From a virus, in the IMG/VR virus record IMGVR_UViG_3300045988_063132, positions 32,001 to 96,000 of that record: a DNA stretch of 64,000 bases; one strand, given 5' to 3'. The position numbers were made by a program, and so were the translations under genes. The notes beneath the pieces were generated by a model that did not search any database, was not told the origin of the DNA, and saw nothing but the letters and a program-made list of their open reading frames with translations. Below, in pieces: positions 37,549 to 50,100 of this stretch; positions within the stretch are counted from its first letter, which is position 1, and every line of letters begins with the position of its first letter.

Positions 37549-40290
37549 TTAACTTTTAATACAATGATTCATTTCATCAGTTGGAAATTCTTTAGAATCG
37601 TTAAACTCATTATTTGATTGATTCTTCGATTCTTCTTCTGGTTTCCTATGTTCTTCATTATCTTCAGTTACTTCAGTAGCTTCAACGTTTGTAACATCAA
37701 ACGGATTGTCAATAGGAACAAACATTTCATTTTGTAAGAATTTAGGTTCAAATTCAATAGAAAGATCTGTAGCATCTATCCTCTGATTACCATCAATAAA
37801 AGAAGTAGTAGTACCTTCATTAATGGTAAAACCTCTTTCCTTGAAGTTGATGGAATTGGTTGCAGCATATACAGGATAATAATCTGTTTCATTTTGAAGT
37901 CTACCAACAAGTTTGAAAAGAGTATTGTTATACTGTAAATAAGGAACTGGTAAACCTGTAGTGGTATTATAGTCTCCTTGTTCTGTAGTAATGTACACTG
38001 TTTGACCTTCATGTAATTGCTGTCTGTTTGGTGTAGCAGATTGTACTATATCTTCTACGCCTTGTAAAGCTCTAAATGCATAATCCACATATTTATTAAA
38101 ATCTAAAGAGTTATCGTTAGAACGTTTTAACAAGTCTTTCAGATGTTGATTGTAAGTATAATCTACACCATCCACAGTATAAGATAAATTACCCAGTACT
38201 TCAAAAGGTACTAAATCTAAAGTAGCATAAATACCTGTACCTCTACCACCACTAGTATAGAAGGAGTATATAATTAAATCTTTTGCAATATTTCTAACTT
38301 CTTCTGAACTATGTTCTAATAGATCTCTCCAAGCATAAGTGTATGCGTTCTTTGCATCTGTATCTCTTAATTTCAATACTGTTTCAAATTTTTTAGGTTT
38401 ACCTTCTACATTTATGCCAGGTATAAGCATCTTCAGTAACATGTTGTCGCTTAATTCTAGATACCTAGTACCAGTTAATATTTGATTTCTAAGTCTATCT
38501 ACTCTGTCTACAATAGTGTTATTACCATAGAACATGTCTTTCAAATTTATATTGTTTTGCTTACAGTATTCATTAAAAAATTCCGCCTGCATCGCAAACT
38601 TCATTTCTGACATATACTTGGTTATATTGTTTGATTTTCTATCATAATAAGTATTCGATAATTCACCAAACTTATTGACCATTTTTAAGAAACCTGGACT
38701 GAACTCTATCATTTCATTCTTAAGTAAGTCGAATAATAGACCTGTACTATTGTTTAGTTTTCTGCCTAAGAATGTTTTATTATACACATCTTCAGCATTA
38801 GTAAAATGAGGATCATCCATCATCCTTTCAATGTTATGTAAAGACAGTATCAATTCAGCTTGATTTTTACCCATTTTACCGGTATCCACCTGAGAAGCCA
38901 ACACCATGTTACTTAATGCCTTACTATAGTTCTGAATATCTGTAAAATATTCATATATAATCACTTGATTTCTATACCAATCTGTAGAGAAGTTTTTATT
39001 ATAATGATCTCTCAATTGTTCTTTTAACCATTCAGCATTAAATACTAAATCTTTTACATTGTAAGTATTACCATTCCATTCTATAGTAAGAGTTCCATCA
39101 TCTAAACGACTGTAGAAATTCTTTTTATCAAGCTTGGCTGCTTTTTCGTATTTGTTTAATATAGAATCCTTCCATCGTTTATCATTTCGCTCTTTCTTAG
39201 TAAGACCCATCTTTGATGAACCTCTTCTAATGGACTCATTTGCAATCTCTTTCAATACCGGTTGAGGTAAAAAGTAAAATTGATTCAAACCAACACCAGA
39301 GGAAGTTAATAAAGCTACTACATCATAAGTATACGAGTTTACATTTAAACGAGTAATATAAGAGTCTTTTGCAGCATCTACGTGGGCATTGATCAATGCA
39401 GAAGTCCAATCCATGATGGAGATACCATTAGCATCAAATTTATCATACAAATTACCTATATTTGGTATAATACTAAAAAGATTTCTCTTTGTATTGACCT
39501 TGCCTCTTCTTCTAGATATTTCTATAGTTTTATCAAGATCCAATTTTGCGATTTGCATAATTACACGGAAGGTATTAATCAAAGCCATAGGTCCAATACC
39601 AGCGTCTGCACCAACGTTTTGTGTTTTAACGTTTTCTTGATATAAAGGGAATAATGGTTCAAGATTGTTATAATTCTTATTGATATTAGAATAAGAATCA
39701 ACCACTTTTACAGCTTCTTTTAATGCGTCTGTAGCAAAGTCCAAAGGTACTGTTGCATCCATATAATGATTTGAAGAAGTTAAAGTCGTTTGGAATACTT
39801 CTAGCAATCTATTTTCAATCTGTCTGTGATCATTTAATTGCCATTTATTTTTACCAGAATTCTCTTGCACAAATTCTTCAAAAGTCATTTTTCTATCTTC
39901 GAACTTGAAAGATGATGCTAATTTAAGAATCTTTTTATTAGGAGCTAATTCTGGATCTCTTAAAATTTGATTAAACTTTCTTTGACCTATAAAGATTGAA
40001 TATTTATTTTTCATACTCTTGAGTATATTAATAGAATCTTCAGTTAATTCTCCATTTCTATTAATATCCACCAGTACAGATTGTAATATTTTAGGTATTT
40101 CTACTTTTGCTTGTTTGTAGAAATCTGTATTAAACCAACGATATCTATGATCGTATACTTTTTTCAAGTATTCTTCTTCGTTCAAATAAATCGGATTACC
40201 TAATTCATCTAATCCTACATAATCATCAATGAATTCTGTCTTATATAATTTACCACCTATTACATCATAATTATATCTAGCTAGATACAT
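37549..40290 (-). CDS. giant virion-type protein, 3' exon (913 aa as annotated; continuous with 41200..51543 after intron removal)
   Basis: Separated from the upstream 3447-aa ORF only by a group I intron plus homing endonuclease gene; the upstream frame is open for 9 codons before the ATG. Confidence 0.65.
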   Translation of the reverse strand: MYLARYNYDVIGGKLYKTEFIDDYVGLDELGNPIYLNEEEYLKKVYDHRYRWFNTDFYKQAKVEIPKILQSVLVDINRNGELTEDSINILKSMKNKYSIFIGQRKFNQILRDPELAPNKKILKLASSFKFEDRKMTFEEFVQENSGKNKWQLNDHRQIENRLLEVFQTTLTSSNHYMDATVPLDFATDALKEAVKVVDSYSNINKNYNNLEPLFPLYQENVKTQNVGADAGIGPMALINTFRVIMQIAKLDLDKTIEISRRRGKVNTKRNLFSIIPNIGNLYDKFDANGISIMDWTSALINAHVDAAKDSYITRLNVNSYTYDVVALLTSSGVGLNQFYFLPQPVLKEIANESIRRGSSKMGLTKKERNDKRWKDSILNKYEKAAKLDKKNFYSRLDDGTLTIEWNGNTYNVKDLVFNAEWLKEQLRDHYNKNFSTDWYRNQVIIYEYFTDIQNYSKALSNMVLASQVDTGKMGKNQAELILSLHNIERMMDDPHFTNAEDVYNKTFLGRKLNNSTGLLFDLLKNEMIEFSPGFLKMVNKFGELSNTYYDRKSNNITKYMSEMKFAMQAEFFNEYCKQNNINLKDMFYGNNTIVDRVDRLRNQILTGTRYLELSDNMLLKMLIPGINVEGKPKKFETVLKLRDTDAKNAYTYAWRDLLEHSSEEVRNIAKDLIIYSFYTSGGRGTGIYATLDLVPFEVLGNLSYTVDGVDYTYNQHLKDLLKRSNDNSLDFNKYVDYAFRALQGVEDIVQSATPNRQQLHEGQTVYITTEQGDYNTTTGLPVPYLQYNNTLFKLVGRLQNETDYYPVYAATNSINFKERGFTINEGTTTSFIDGNQRIDATDLSIEFEPKFLQNEMFVPIDNPFDVTNVEATEVTEDNEEHRKPEEESKNQSNNEFNDSKEFPTDEMNHCIKS

Positions 40291-41199
40291 TTTATCAACC
40301 GCTACTACCTTATATCTCTATAAGGGCTAGACTATATCTTCACCTTACGGTGCTCCCCATTTCGCCTTTCGGCTACACAGCGTGTGTACGCTGACTCAAA
40401 TCATATTGAATTTTATGAATCATTGAAGGAACCTGTTCAACAAATGGTTTTACAATGTTTATAAACTTTATTCCTTCTTTTGTTCCACAGCATAAAGAAT
40501 AACTGTTTTCTTTTTTGCCTTCGTGAAACATATAAAAATCAATATTCCAAACTTCTTTAAAGTAATCTATTATTATTTGTAATTCTTCTTTTGGCATACA
40601 AGTTGCAATTTTTATATAGAAACCATGAACTTTACCATTAGTTGTTCTATAATTTATATGTCCATCATCCATATACCAAATTGCAATTCCTTTAGCATCA
40701 AGTCTATTTAACAATTTTCTATTACCTATTTTTTTATAAGGTTTGTAAAAAACTCTTCTTAAGACCTTTACAAAAGGTATAATATTTAATTGTGTGTAAT
40801 AAACTGTTTTACCAGTATTATAACCTTTAACACTGACGTATTCTTTTAAACCGTTGTTTCGTAAACCTGCTTCTTTAAGTTGTTCTATTTTCCACTCAAG
40901 ATAATCGCGTTGTTCTTCACAATGACTTAATTTAAATACGTTGTTATTACTTATTGTTCCATCACCAAGTAAAAGAGCTATTAATAAATTTCTAGATTCT
41001 TTAGTTATTTTTGTTTTCATATTTGCTATCCATTTAGGAAGCTTCAGTTGAGTATTAGTCGTTGAACCTTCCGATTAGTTATATAGATAACGATCGGCTT
41101 GGCTGCTGGTTGCCCAATCCTTTGGGTTTTTACTACGCTTAGTACCTTAGGCTCTAAGGGGTTTCCAGCAATTAAAGGAGTTTTACTTCAACTATGTTG
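40291..41199 (-). mobile_element. group I self-splicing intron with embedded LAGLIDADG homing endonuclease gene
   Basis: Minus-sense core elements: P UUAAUUGCUGGAAACCCC (plus 41158-41175), Q ACCAGCAGCCAAGCCG (41094-41109), R GGUUCAACGACUAAUAC (41053-41069), S AAGAUAUAGUCUAGCCC (40324-40340). These match the Tetrahymena-type consensus (AAUUGCGGGAAA, CGCAGCCAAGUCC, GUUCACAGACUAAA, AAGAUAUAGUC). GC-rich structured RNA lies between two halves of one giant gene. Confidence 0.7.
40373..41020 (-). CDS. LAGLIDADG homing endonuclease, double-motif (215 aa)
   Basis: LLIALLLGDGTIS and GIAIWYMDDGHIN motifs. Confidence 0.9.
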   Translation of the reverse strand: MKTKITKESRNLLIALLLGDGTISNNNVFKLSHCEEQRDYLEWKIEQLKEAGLRNNGLKEYVSVKGYNTGKTVYYTQLNIIPFVKVLRRVFYKPYKKIGNRKLLNRLDAKGIAIWYMDDGHINYRTTNGKVHGFYIKIATCMPKEELQIIIDYFKEVWNIDFYMFHEGKKENSYSLCCGTKEGIKFINIVKPFVEQVPSMIHKIQYDLSQRTHAV

Positions 41200-44100
41200 T
41201 TAATCGAAGTCCGCACCGGTTAACTTAGTTAATTCGGCAGGTAATACGATAGTATCCCCAACATTCGATGGCAATACGTCTACTATAGTAATAGGTAATG
41301 TAGAGTTCATACCCTGAGTAGGAATACGATAAGACAGAACTGCTAAATCCTGATTATCTAAGATGAATTTTTTAGCCTCTTCAAAGTAAGAAGTGTTATT
41401 CTTTTTTGCTTGTTCTAATAAATAATCTTTTGGCAGTACATCTTTGAATAGATTTATAGATACAATTGCTTGTAATCTATTATTTTCATCCTTAAATCGA
41501 AGTTCTTTATTGAATTTATATTCATATTTGCTAGCGTCTACTTCAGCAAAAGAATCTTTGTAAGCAAAGTTAGACATCTGAATCATGGAACCACCAGGAG
41601 TATTTATATCTATGGTTTCTTTCTTAATCATAGATATGATACGACTTTGAATCCAGGCTAATGCAGGTATACCAGATAATTCAATATAGTAATCTTTGTT
41701 ACCATCTTCATTTTCAATGGTTTTTAAAACATCAATAAGATTTGATGGTAAGTTACTATTTATGGCATCATCCTTTAACATTTGAACAAACTTGTCACGA
41801 TTAACGGTCATATAGGTTTTACCATTCTCTGTTATTTCGCTTATCCCAAACTGTTCATATATGTTATTTCTACCAATATCTGATAAAGCTGAAATAGCTC
41901 CTACGTAGTCATCAATTAATTGCTTACCAGAATATTTTACGCCTTCGTATTCATACACATCATTGTCTTCTACTCCAGCAACACCAATTTTAGCCATCTG
42001 AGTACCTAACGAGATTCTAGATACATGGTGAGGATCTGTTACCAACTGTTTACCTAAATACTTGAATGATTGTTCATATACAGGAATTTCTTGTAATTCT
42101 GTATTAGGTTTACCATCTACATAGAATGTACCTTTTTGTCTTAAACCTGATTTTACAGAAGTATCAAATTTAATCATGTCTACATCTTTATCATTCATTA
42201 AATCATATACTTTCTGTAAGTCTCTACCTTTTGCTACTCTTTTGAATACAGTAGCCAATGACATCTTATCGTAGATGGGTATCTGTAATCCATTAATGAA
42301 ATCATAACCAAAATGTATGTATTTCAATGGTTGCATTACTACAGAATAAGCATACAATTCATCTTCTAATGATAAAGGCTCATCTGATTCCATTAAATTA
42401 TAAGCTTCTTCTTTTTCTCCATTCCACTCACCATTCATGATGGCAAGTTTTCTAAACATCTTTGGGCTAATAAGTACCTGCGCATCTGTTTGGTCAGTTT
42501 CAAGATAACCATTTAAACGTTTATCAGCTTCTTTAACCACCTCTTCTTTCAATTGTTCATCAGTCATATCAGCAAATCTACCAACACGTCTTTCTCTGAA
42601 CATCTCAAACTGTTTCCAAAGTAAACCATGATTGTCATCAGTACCTACGTACTTCGACATCATTTCATTATACATTACTCTGGATTCTACAATGTTTGAA
42701 TTGAAAATAGCAGTTTTATACTTGTGCGTATCAAAGTCTAAGAATCCTTCTGGCCAATTTTCACGTAATACAGATTTTGTTGAAGTTAATGCAGAATAAC
42801 GTTTTACTCTATCATCCAACATTGCCTGATAGTCTTTACTACCTTTATAAAACGCAACATCCCCTGATACAAGTTTTTCAAATTCATACACAGCGATTGC
42901 TGAATTTATAGCATAATCTGCAATAGCTTCTGCTAAATCAATTTTTTCATTAACCTTTTGTTTTACAATAGATGCTGGTAAAAGTCTATTACTAAATATA
43001 AGATTTGTATTTATCCTTTTACTGTCGTTTTCTTTTATAAACTCATCATCCAGATACTTTTCGTTACCGTTTATCAATTTCTGATTAATAAACTGTTTTA
43101 TAGTGTTGTTAACTTGTTGAATAAGACTCTCTTCAATTACTTTTCTAAGACCTTTACTATTAATATCAAAGAATTTATCATCTGATAATTTATTTTGTAA
43201 AGATGAGAAATATCTGAATTTGTAACCATTACCTGTTAAACGCATTGCACCACCTTTAACAATGTAATGGTAGTTTTCAACAAGTTCTTTATAATTCGTA
43301 TCTTTCTCTTTCATTAAAGAATCCTGTTCAACTTTTGACATCTTGTTCCAAGATTCTTCAGAAACACCAAGTCTATTTAAGAAGTTATTCTTAGCATTTA
43401 TTGCAGCTTGAATTGTAGAGTATTCATTGATAGCATAATTTACAAATAAATCAATAGTTTCTTTATTCAAAGAACCATTTTGAATAGTAACCTCTTGACG
43501 ATTCAAACCTGTTATAAAATAGAATGTACGTTTGTTTGCAAGAGTTGGTAAAGGTAAACGATTGTTTCTTACAGCATTGAATTTAAGTAATAAGTCTTCA
43601 TTTGGTGCTATATCCAAATACCCACGTCCTGTATCATAGCCATCTTTATCAATCATAGATAGCATTGTATCAACGTGAACATTAGATCTTACTTTGGGAT
43701 CAGTCATCTGTTGCAACCAAAATGAAGATTTATTATAAGTTACACCATTTATCTGAGTAAAGAAGCTATCGTCTTTTAACCATTCTTCAAACATAGAAGT
43801 AATGGTGTTATTTTCACTATACGCATAAACCAAGTTGCCATCTGGTCCTAACACACTATCATCTTCCGCTGTAGGATTTGCAGCAACATATGCTTTTGCC
43901 AATTCTGCTACCGATTTTTCTTTGCTTAGTAAATTTAAAGCATGACTAGTTACATCTTCTATTTTGTCGTTAACCAAATTGTAAAACAAACCTTGTTCTC
44001 CAAATAATTGGTCTAATCCTACAGGATCTTTAGAACCAACTCTAGGTACACCATTTATAAGATTTTTTAAAGCAACGTTTAGATTGCTATTAAAATAATG

Positions 44101-47100
44101 ATTATTTAATAAAACACCGATCGCATCACCATCTACAGCAATGTTCACATTGTTAAGTATGCGGACTAATTCTAGTACATTCTCGGCATAATCGTTTTTA
44201 AGGAAATTGTGCTTTTTAGATTTATTTTTTAACTCTTTATAATCTGCAATAGCTTGTTGTAAAACATTCTTATTTGCAAATGTACCATTTACACCGAATG
44301 TTGCTGACCAGTTCTGTTCAAGTCTATTAGAACGTTTATTAACATCAGCGTCACCATAAGTAATAGTATAAGAAGTTAGCTCTTTACCTTTATCATTGGT
44401 ATCCTTACCAAAGTAAGCGTTAATAAATCTATTTCTGTGTTTTTTAAACGTATTCCAGAATCTTGTTTTCAACATTTCATCCTCGTTACCACTTTCATCC
44501 TTAGTGGTAAGGATTTCATACAATTCTGAATACATATTTATCTTACTAGAATCTCCTTTGGCTTGTCTGATAGTACTGGTTTCATCTGCTTTTTTCTTCA
44601 ACAGCTCCAACATTTCATCTATAGACTTTGCATTGTGAATTGTACTAAAGGCATTAAACCAAGCTACATCGGGATTTATATATACAGGAAGGAATGTTTC
44701 TGGATCTAATGTTTCAGAATCTTTTAATGTTAAAAACATTACTCTAATATCCGCTTGCGCATTTTCTTTTGCTGAAAATTCATAAGCGGATCTTATTTCA
44801 TCATTAACTAAGTCATTTAGATCATCTTTTTCCTCTAGTTTAGATTCTACTCTACGTATATTAAATCCTTGCAACTTAACATCAATAAGAGGTCTAAACA
44901 CTGTATCAAAGTTATCAAGTATTTCATTATAAAGATCTACCTTTTCTTCGTAGATAGCTCTTTCTAATTCACCAAACGCTTCGTTTTGTGAGGCTGCTAA
45001 ATGCTTATCTCTGATGTCAATTAGTTGATCTTTTACTGCCTTAAAACTTAATCCTCTCTCTAAACTTTCTATATTCTGTATACCATTAACATCTATGGTC
45101 ATAGAAGTTAAAGTACTAACAATATTTCCAAGTAAAGAGCTATTGTAAATTTGATGCAATGTGACTCCATTAACAGTAAGAGGTGCATCCGCATTTGCAT
45201 ATCTTTGATTAAAATTAGTTAATGCCGCTTTGTTAATCTTAGCAAATTTATATTTACCGTTTTTAATAGCATTAAAAAATCCATCAATATTATCTATTTT
45301 GGTTTTGTTTAAACCTAAGAATGATTTAATAAAGTTTTTAATATCTGAAATAACTCTACCTAACTTACTGTGGGAATCGGGAGTATTATTGATAACATCT
45401 TCTCGGAAACGTTCAGCTAAAAATTCTTCCACTTCATTATCGTTACGATTAAATAGTGAATATTCTTTTCTAGCTAAATTGTACATTCTGGCTTGTTCTT
45501 CCGGACTCAACAATAATAATGATACTCTATGAAAAGCTTCATGATAAGCAGCACCAGCCGCTGGACGTTCAAACAAGGTTACACCATCCTCATTCATTAT
45601 TGACCATGCCCAACCAGGTCTACCAGATTCTCCAATTATACGAATTAATTGATCTACCAATTTAATATTACCACCAGCTCTTTTACCAAGCATTCTACGA
45701 TAATTTAATAATTCTTTTTCTAAATCAGAAGTTTGTTTAACATTATCATAAACCTGCATTGATACAGAAGGTTTCTTACCAAAAGTAGTAAACTTATTTT
45801 TTGGTTTTTTTCTAGTAAAACCAATCATTTCATCAGTAATACCGGCAGCTTTATTTAACTCTCTTGGATCTAATGGAGCGTTGGTAACAGGAGCTTCTTT
45901 TACTGGAGATTCTTTGATTTTTCTTTCTCTTAATTTAAGAGTACCTTTACGTATGTCATTATAAATTTCAAAATTAGGTATAGAATCTGAAATTTGATCA
46001 TTCATTCTAGATAAGAAATCAATCATCTCATCAGAATCCATTTGATCAAAATTGTTTCTATAGTCATTTACCAAATTTTGGTATTCGGCTGCGTCTTTTA
46101 CATACGCTCCTAATTTAAACGGAGATGTTTCCTTAGTAATCTCAACAAGAGGTTTTTCAGTATCCGTTGCTTTCTCATCTACTTTTTCTGGCACAGTTTT
46201 TACTGGAGAAATTTGTTGAGATGCTTCTACTGGAATTACTTTACCTAAATTTAAAAGTATTCTACTTACCGTATTCCCATCTGGGAAAGTATAATCCAAT
46301 AAATTTGATAACTCTTCTTTTGTTATATTCGCACTAGGTATTGCTTTACGTTTTGTCAACAATGATCTAACAGCACTATCATACATCAATTTGCTAGATA
46401 ATGTTGATAAATTATTTATAAGTCTATCATAAACCTCACGTAATTTTTTCACCTCTTCCGTTTGCTCAATGGAATCAAAAGGATTATTAGTAAGCAAACC
46501 AAAAGTATTTGTATTTTTTGGTTCAGGTTTAGCTGTTTCTTTTCTTTTAGACTCTGCAGAAGGTTTTACAGTTTTTGGTGGAGCAATTGTAGCCTTTTTA
46601 ATAGCTTCATAGTACTTGGGATTTTCAATTTGTTTATTTTGTTTGTTGACTGTAACAGTTTTTTGTGTATAAATCTTTAAACCTGTTTTATCAACAGTAA
46701 CCAATTTACCCTCATCTTTTACTTTTTCCTGAGCTTCTGGATGTTCACTTTCATATTTTATAAGATCATCTATACTCTTGTTATACACATCTACAAGGGC
46801 TTTTCTTATATTCTGTGAAAGTTCTTCTTCATTTAACCCTTCAATATTTAACAGTTCTTCTCCTTTTAAGGAAACCAATTTAGTTCCTTGTTTTACTAAA
46901 GCTGCTTTATTTGCATACTTTTGAGCACCCGGAATTTTTGCAGTTATAGTACTACCGTCTGGTAAATTGTTTATCTTTTCAGATAAATTTTCTACACTTT
47001 TAAATACGATTTCCTCTTTTTCAAAGACTTCAGAAGTTTTCTCTTCCTTCGGAGAAGGAACACTATCTGTAGTAATAACTCTCTCGGTTATAGGAATGTT

Positions 47101-50100
47101 TTGTACTACCAAATAAGATTTTGAAATTAAACCTTTAGATATATCTAAATCAGTACTTAAAAAATCATTATCAATGATTGCATTTAAATATCTAGCACCA
47201 CTTTTAAAATCAATAGTCTTATTACCAGCTTTAATTTTAAAGCCGTATTTAACCGGCATGTCATTGTTTAACATCGCTCTAGAAATAGCAAAGTTCTTAT
47301 TTACAGACATCCATTTGGCAAATTTTGCAATAGAATCTTCATCATTTGGTCTCAGCGCTTCGTGTTTTGCACCAAATCGTACTATATTACTATTGTTTGT
47401 ATCAAAGTAAAGTATCTTACTAGGTTCACGCTTAGAATTTACTGTAGATTCCCCAAAGTAAACCAAACTATTTAAGAACTGAGCGTAAGTGAGGTACCCA
47501 ACATTAACCGGTTCAATTCCATAAGTATTATCAGCAGGTATAGCATCCTTTAATCTAATTTTTCTAGAAGATAAATCAGCAAATACCCTAGCAATAGATG
47601 TAGCTAATTCCAAAGGTATTTTATTGGGATTAAGTTTTGCAACATAACCCTCTTCACCAGTAAGTTGATATTTACCAGGTATTATTAAATAAGGAGAACC
47701 TGGAGTACCTGTAGCATTTGCTGTAAGTAAATATTCTGACTCTCTAGAAGGATCTATATAGAAAATAGAATTGGTTGCATCTGCTATACCTATTCTCATG
47801 GGAGTACCATTAGGAAATACATATTCCCCATCCTTATTCAATTTGAGATCCAAACCCTTTACTAAAGTATTAGAAGTATTAGGTTGATAATTATTATAAC
47901 CCGGAGTACGTACAATATTACCTGCTGGCACTTTTACGTTACCTTTATTTTTAAGCAGTTCTAGTACTAACTTTGTTTTTTCTTTACTTGCGTTTGAAAA
48001 TGCAAACACTTTATTAGAATAACCTTTATTAGTAATAATGCCTTGTATAGGTAAATATTGAATTAACTCATTTCTTTCTACTTCAGATAAATTGTCCAAA
48101 GCTTCAATAGGATTAGATGATTTTAACAGAGTTAAATACTTCTTTTTTGCAGCCTTTTCTTTAGCGTATCCTGATAAATTTTCAATATTATCACTTATAG
48201 TAAAGTCAATAGCAAATTTACTAACATCTGTACTAGGATTATTGATTATAGCATTGAATTTATCATCAGATGCAAGTCTTACTCCCTCTTTGTAGGTATC
48301 GTCTTTTGCATAATCCTTTGCTAATTTTGACTTAGGATTGGTAATTTCATAATCTTCATTTTGACCCTCTTTTAGATTTAGTTCTTGTCTTGGAGAAGTA
48401 TCTTCTAAAAGTTTATTTTGTTCTGCAGCCAATTGTGCTAAACTTATTGTGCCACCAGATTTGGATTCAATGTTATAGTTTAACAATTCCCCTTGACCAA
48501 CTTCAATAGGCTTACCATCTTTATCATTTAAAGTATAAACAAAACCATACTTCTCTGATTTCTTAGTAGCTTTTTTATCTATTGTAAACTCTTTACCATC
48601 TTTTGAGATAACCTTATCATTTACATTACTAAAGTCAGCATCTACAGGATTGGGAATACTTTTTGCAATTTCTTCGTCTTCCTTAGTCTTTTTATCTCTC
48701 AGATAATTAATTTCGAAGTCTTTATTATCTATTAAATTTTTTATATTACTTCGTTCTTCCTTCGCCGATACTGGTAATTTGTTTAAATCTCTTATTAATT
48801 GCTTTTTCTGTGCTTCAGCGATTTCTAATTGAGATCCTGTATCACCTTCTTTTGCAGAAGTATAAAGACGTAAAGTATCTTCAGATGTATTTGGATCATT
48901 TATAACGGAATCTAAAGACGTTTTATAATCATCACTACTGAAATAATCTTCTACAGCTTTGGTTTTCTTTTCTATCGCTGCTAATTTGTCTTCTATTGCT
49001 TTTATTGATGAATAGACTTTTTCTGTTTGAAATCGTTTGTCATACAAACCTTTTACATAATCTTTGTCTGTAGTAAGATCTTTCAATCTTTTTATATCTA
49101 CTACTTCATCAATTGCATTATTTGCTAATTGTGCTTGTTTTATTGCATAATCATGTATGTTTGTTATCTGAGAATTACGATTTTCAAAATTAACTGCATG
49201 TTTTATTACAAAATTCCTAGCGTCTTCTATTGCCTTTTTTAGTTCATTTTCATCTGCAGCCTTTCTTATAGCATCATACTTTTCATTAAGCGTATCTGTA
49301 TATTTTACATTACTAGTAAAATTTTCTTCTACAGCTTGTTTTAAATCATTATTATTAGACAATAATGAATTTATTTCACCATTTAGTTTTCTATTTCTAA
49401 GATTGTTGATTTGTCTATTTGCATCTATTGTGTAGATACTATTCTCAATATCTTGTCTAGTTTGTAACCAAGCTCTTCTTTGTTCCTCAGATTCAAACTT
49501 TTTAGGTTTGGGTAAAATTTTATTTATTTTATCCTTTGCATCTTTTTTAGAAGATGCGATAATGTCAGCTTCTTCAGTTCTACCTGATTCTCTAAGAGCT
49601 CTTTCAAATCTATCTACAGTACTAATTTCAGCTACTTTATTATTTACTGTAACTACTCTAGAAGAATTATTTAAAATGTCTACAAATTGCTTATAATCAT
49701 CTTCTAAGCCATTTTTAGTATTTTGTATATAATCATCTTGATTTCTAAGCTGTTTTAATACCGCTTCAGATATTTCCATTTGATTCTTAGGATCATATGA
49801 GGCTACTCTAGCAAATAAATCTTTATTATCTGTGTACAAAGTATTTAATACTTCAGCTCTAGATTTAATACCGTCATACTGTTGTTGAGTTATAGCCCCT
49901 TTAGTAAGAGCCATATTCATACCAGCCATCAAAGATTCATATTCTCCAGAAGCAATAAAAGGAACAATAGATCTATCTTCTTTTACTTTGGAATGTACAA
50001 ATCCCCCAAGTAAACCAGCAATAGCACCCGCTGCTCCTTCTTCCAAAGCCGATTTAAAAGATTCCTTGCTAAATAATTCTGTGCCGAACTTACCTTTACC

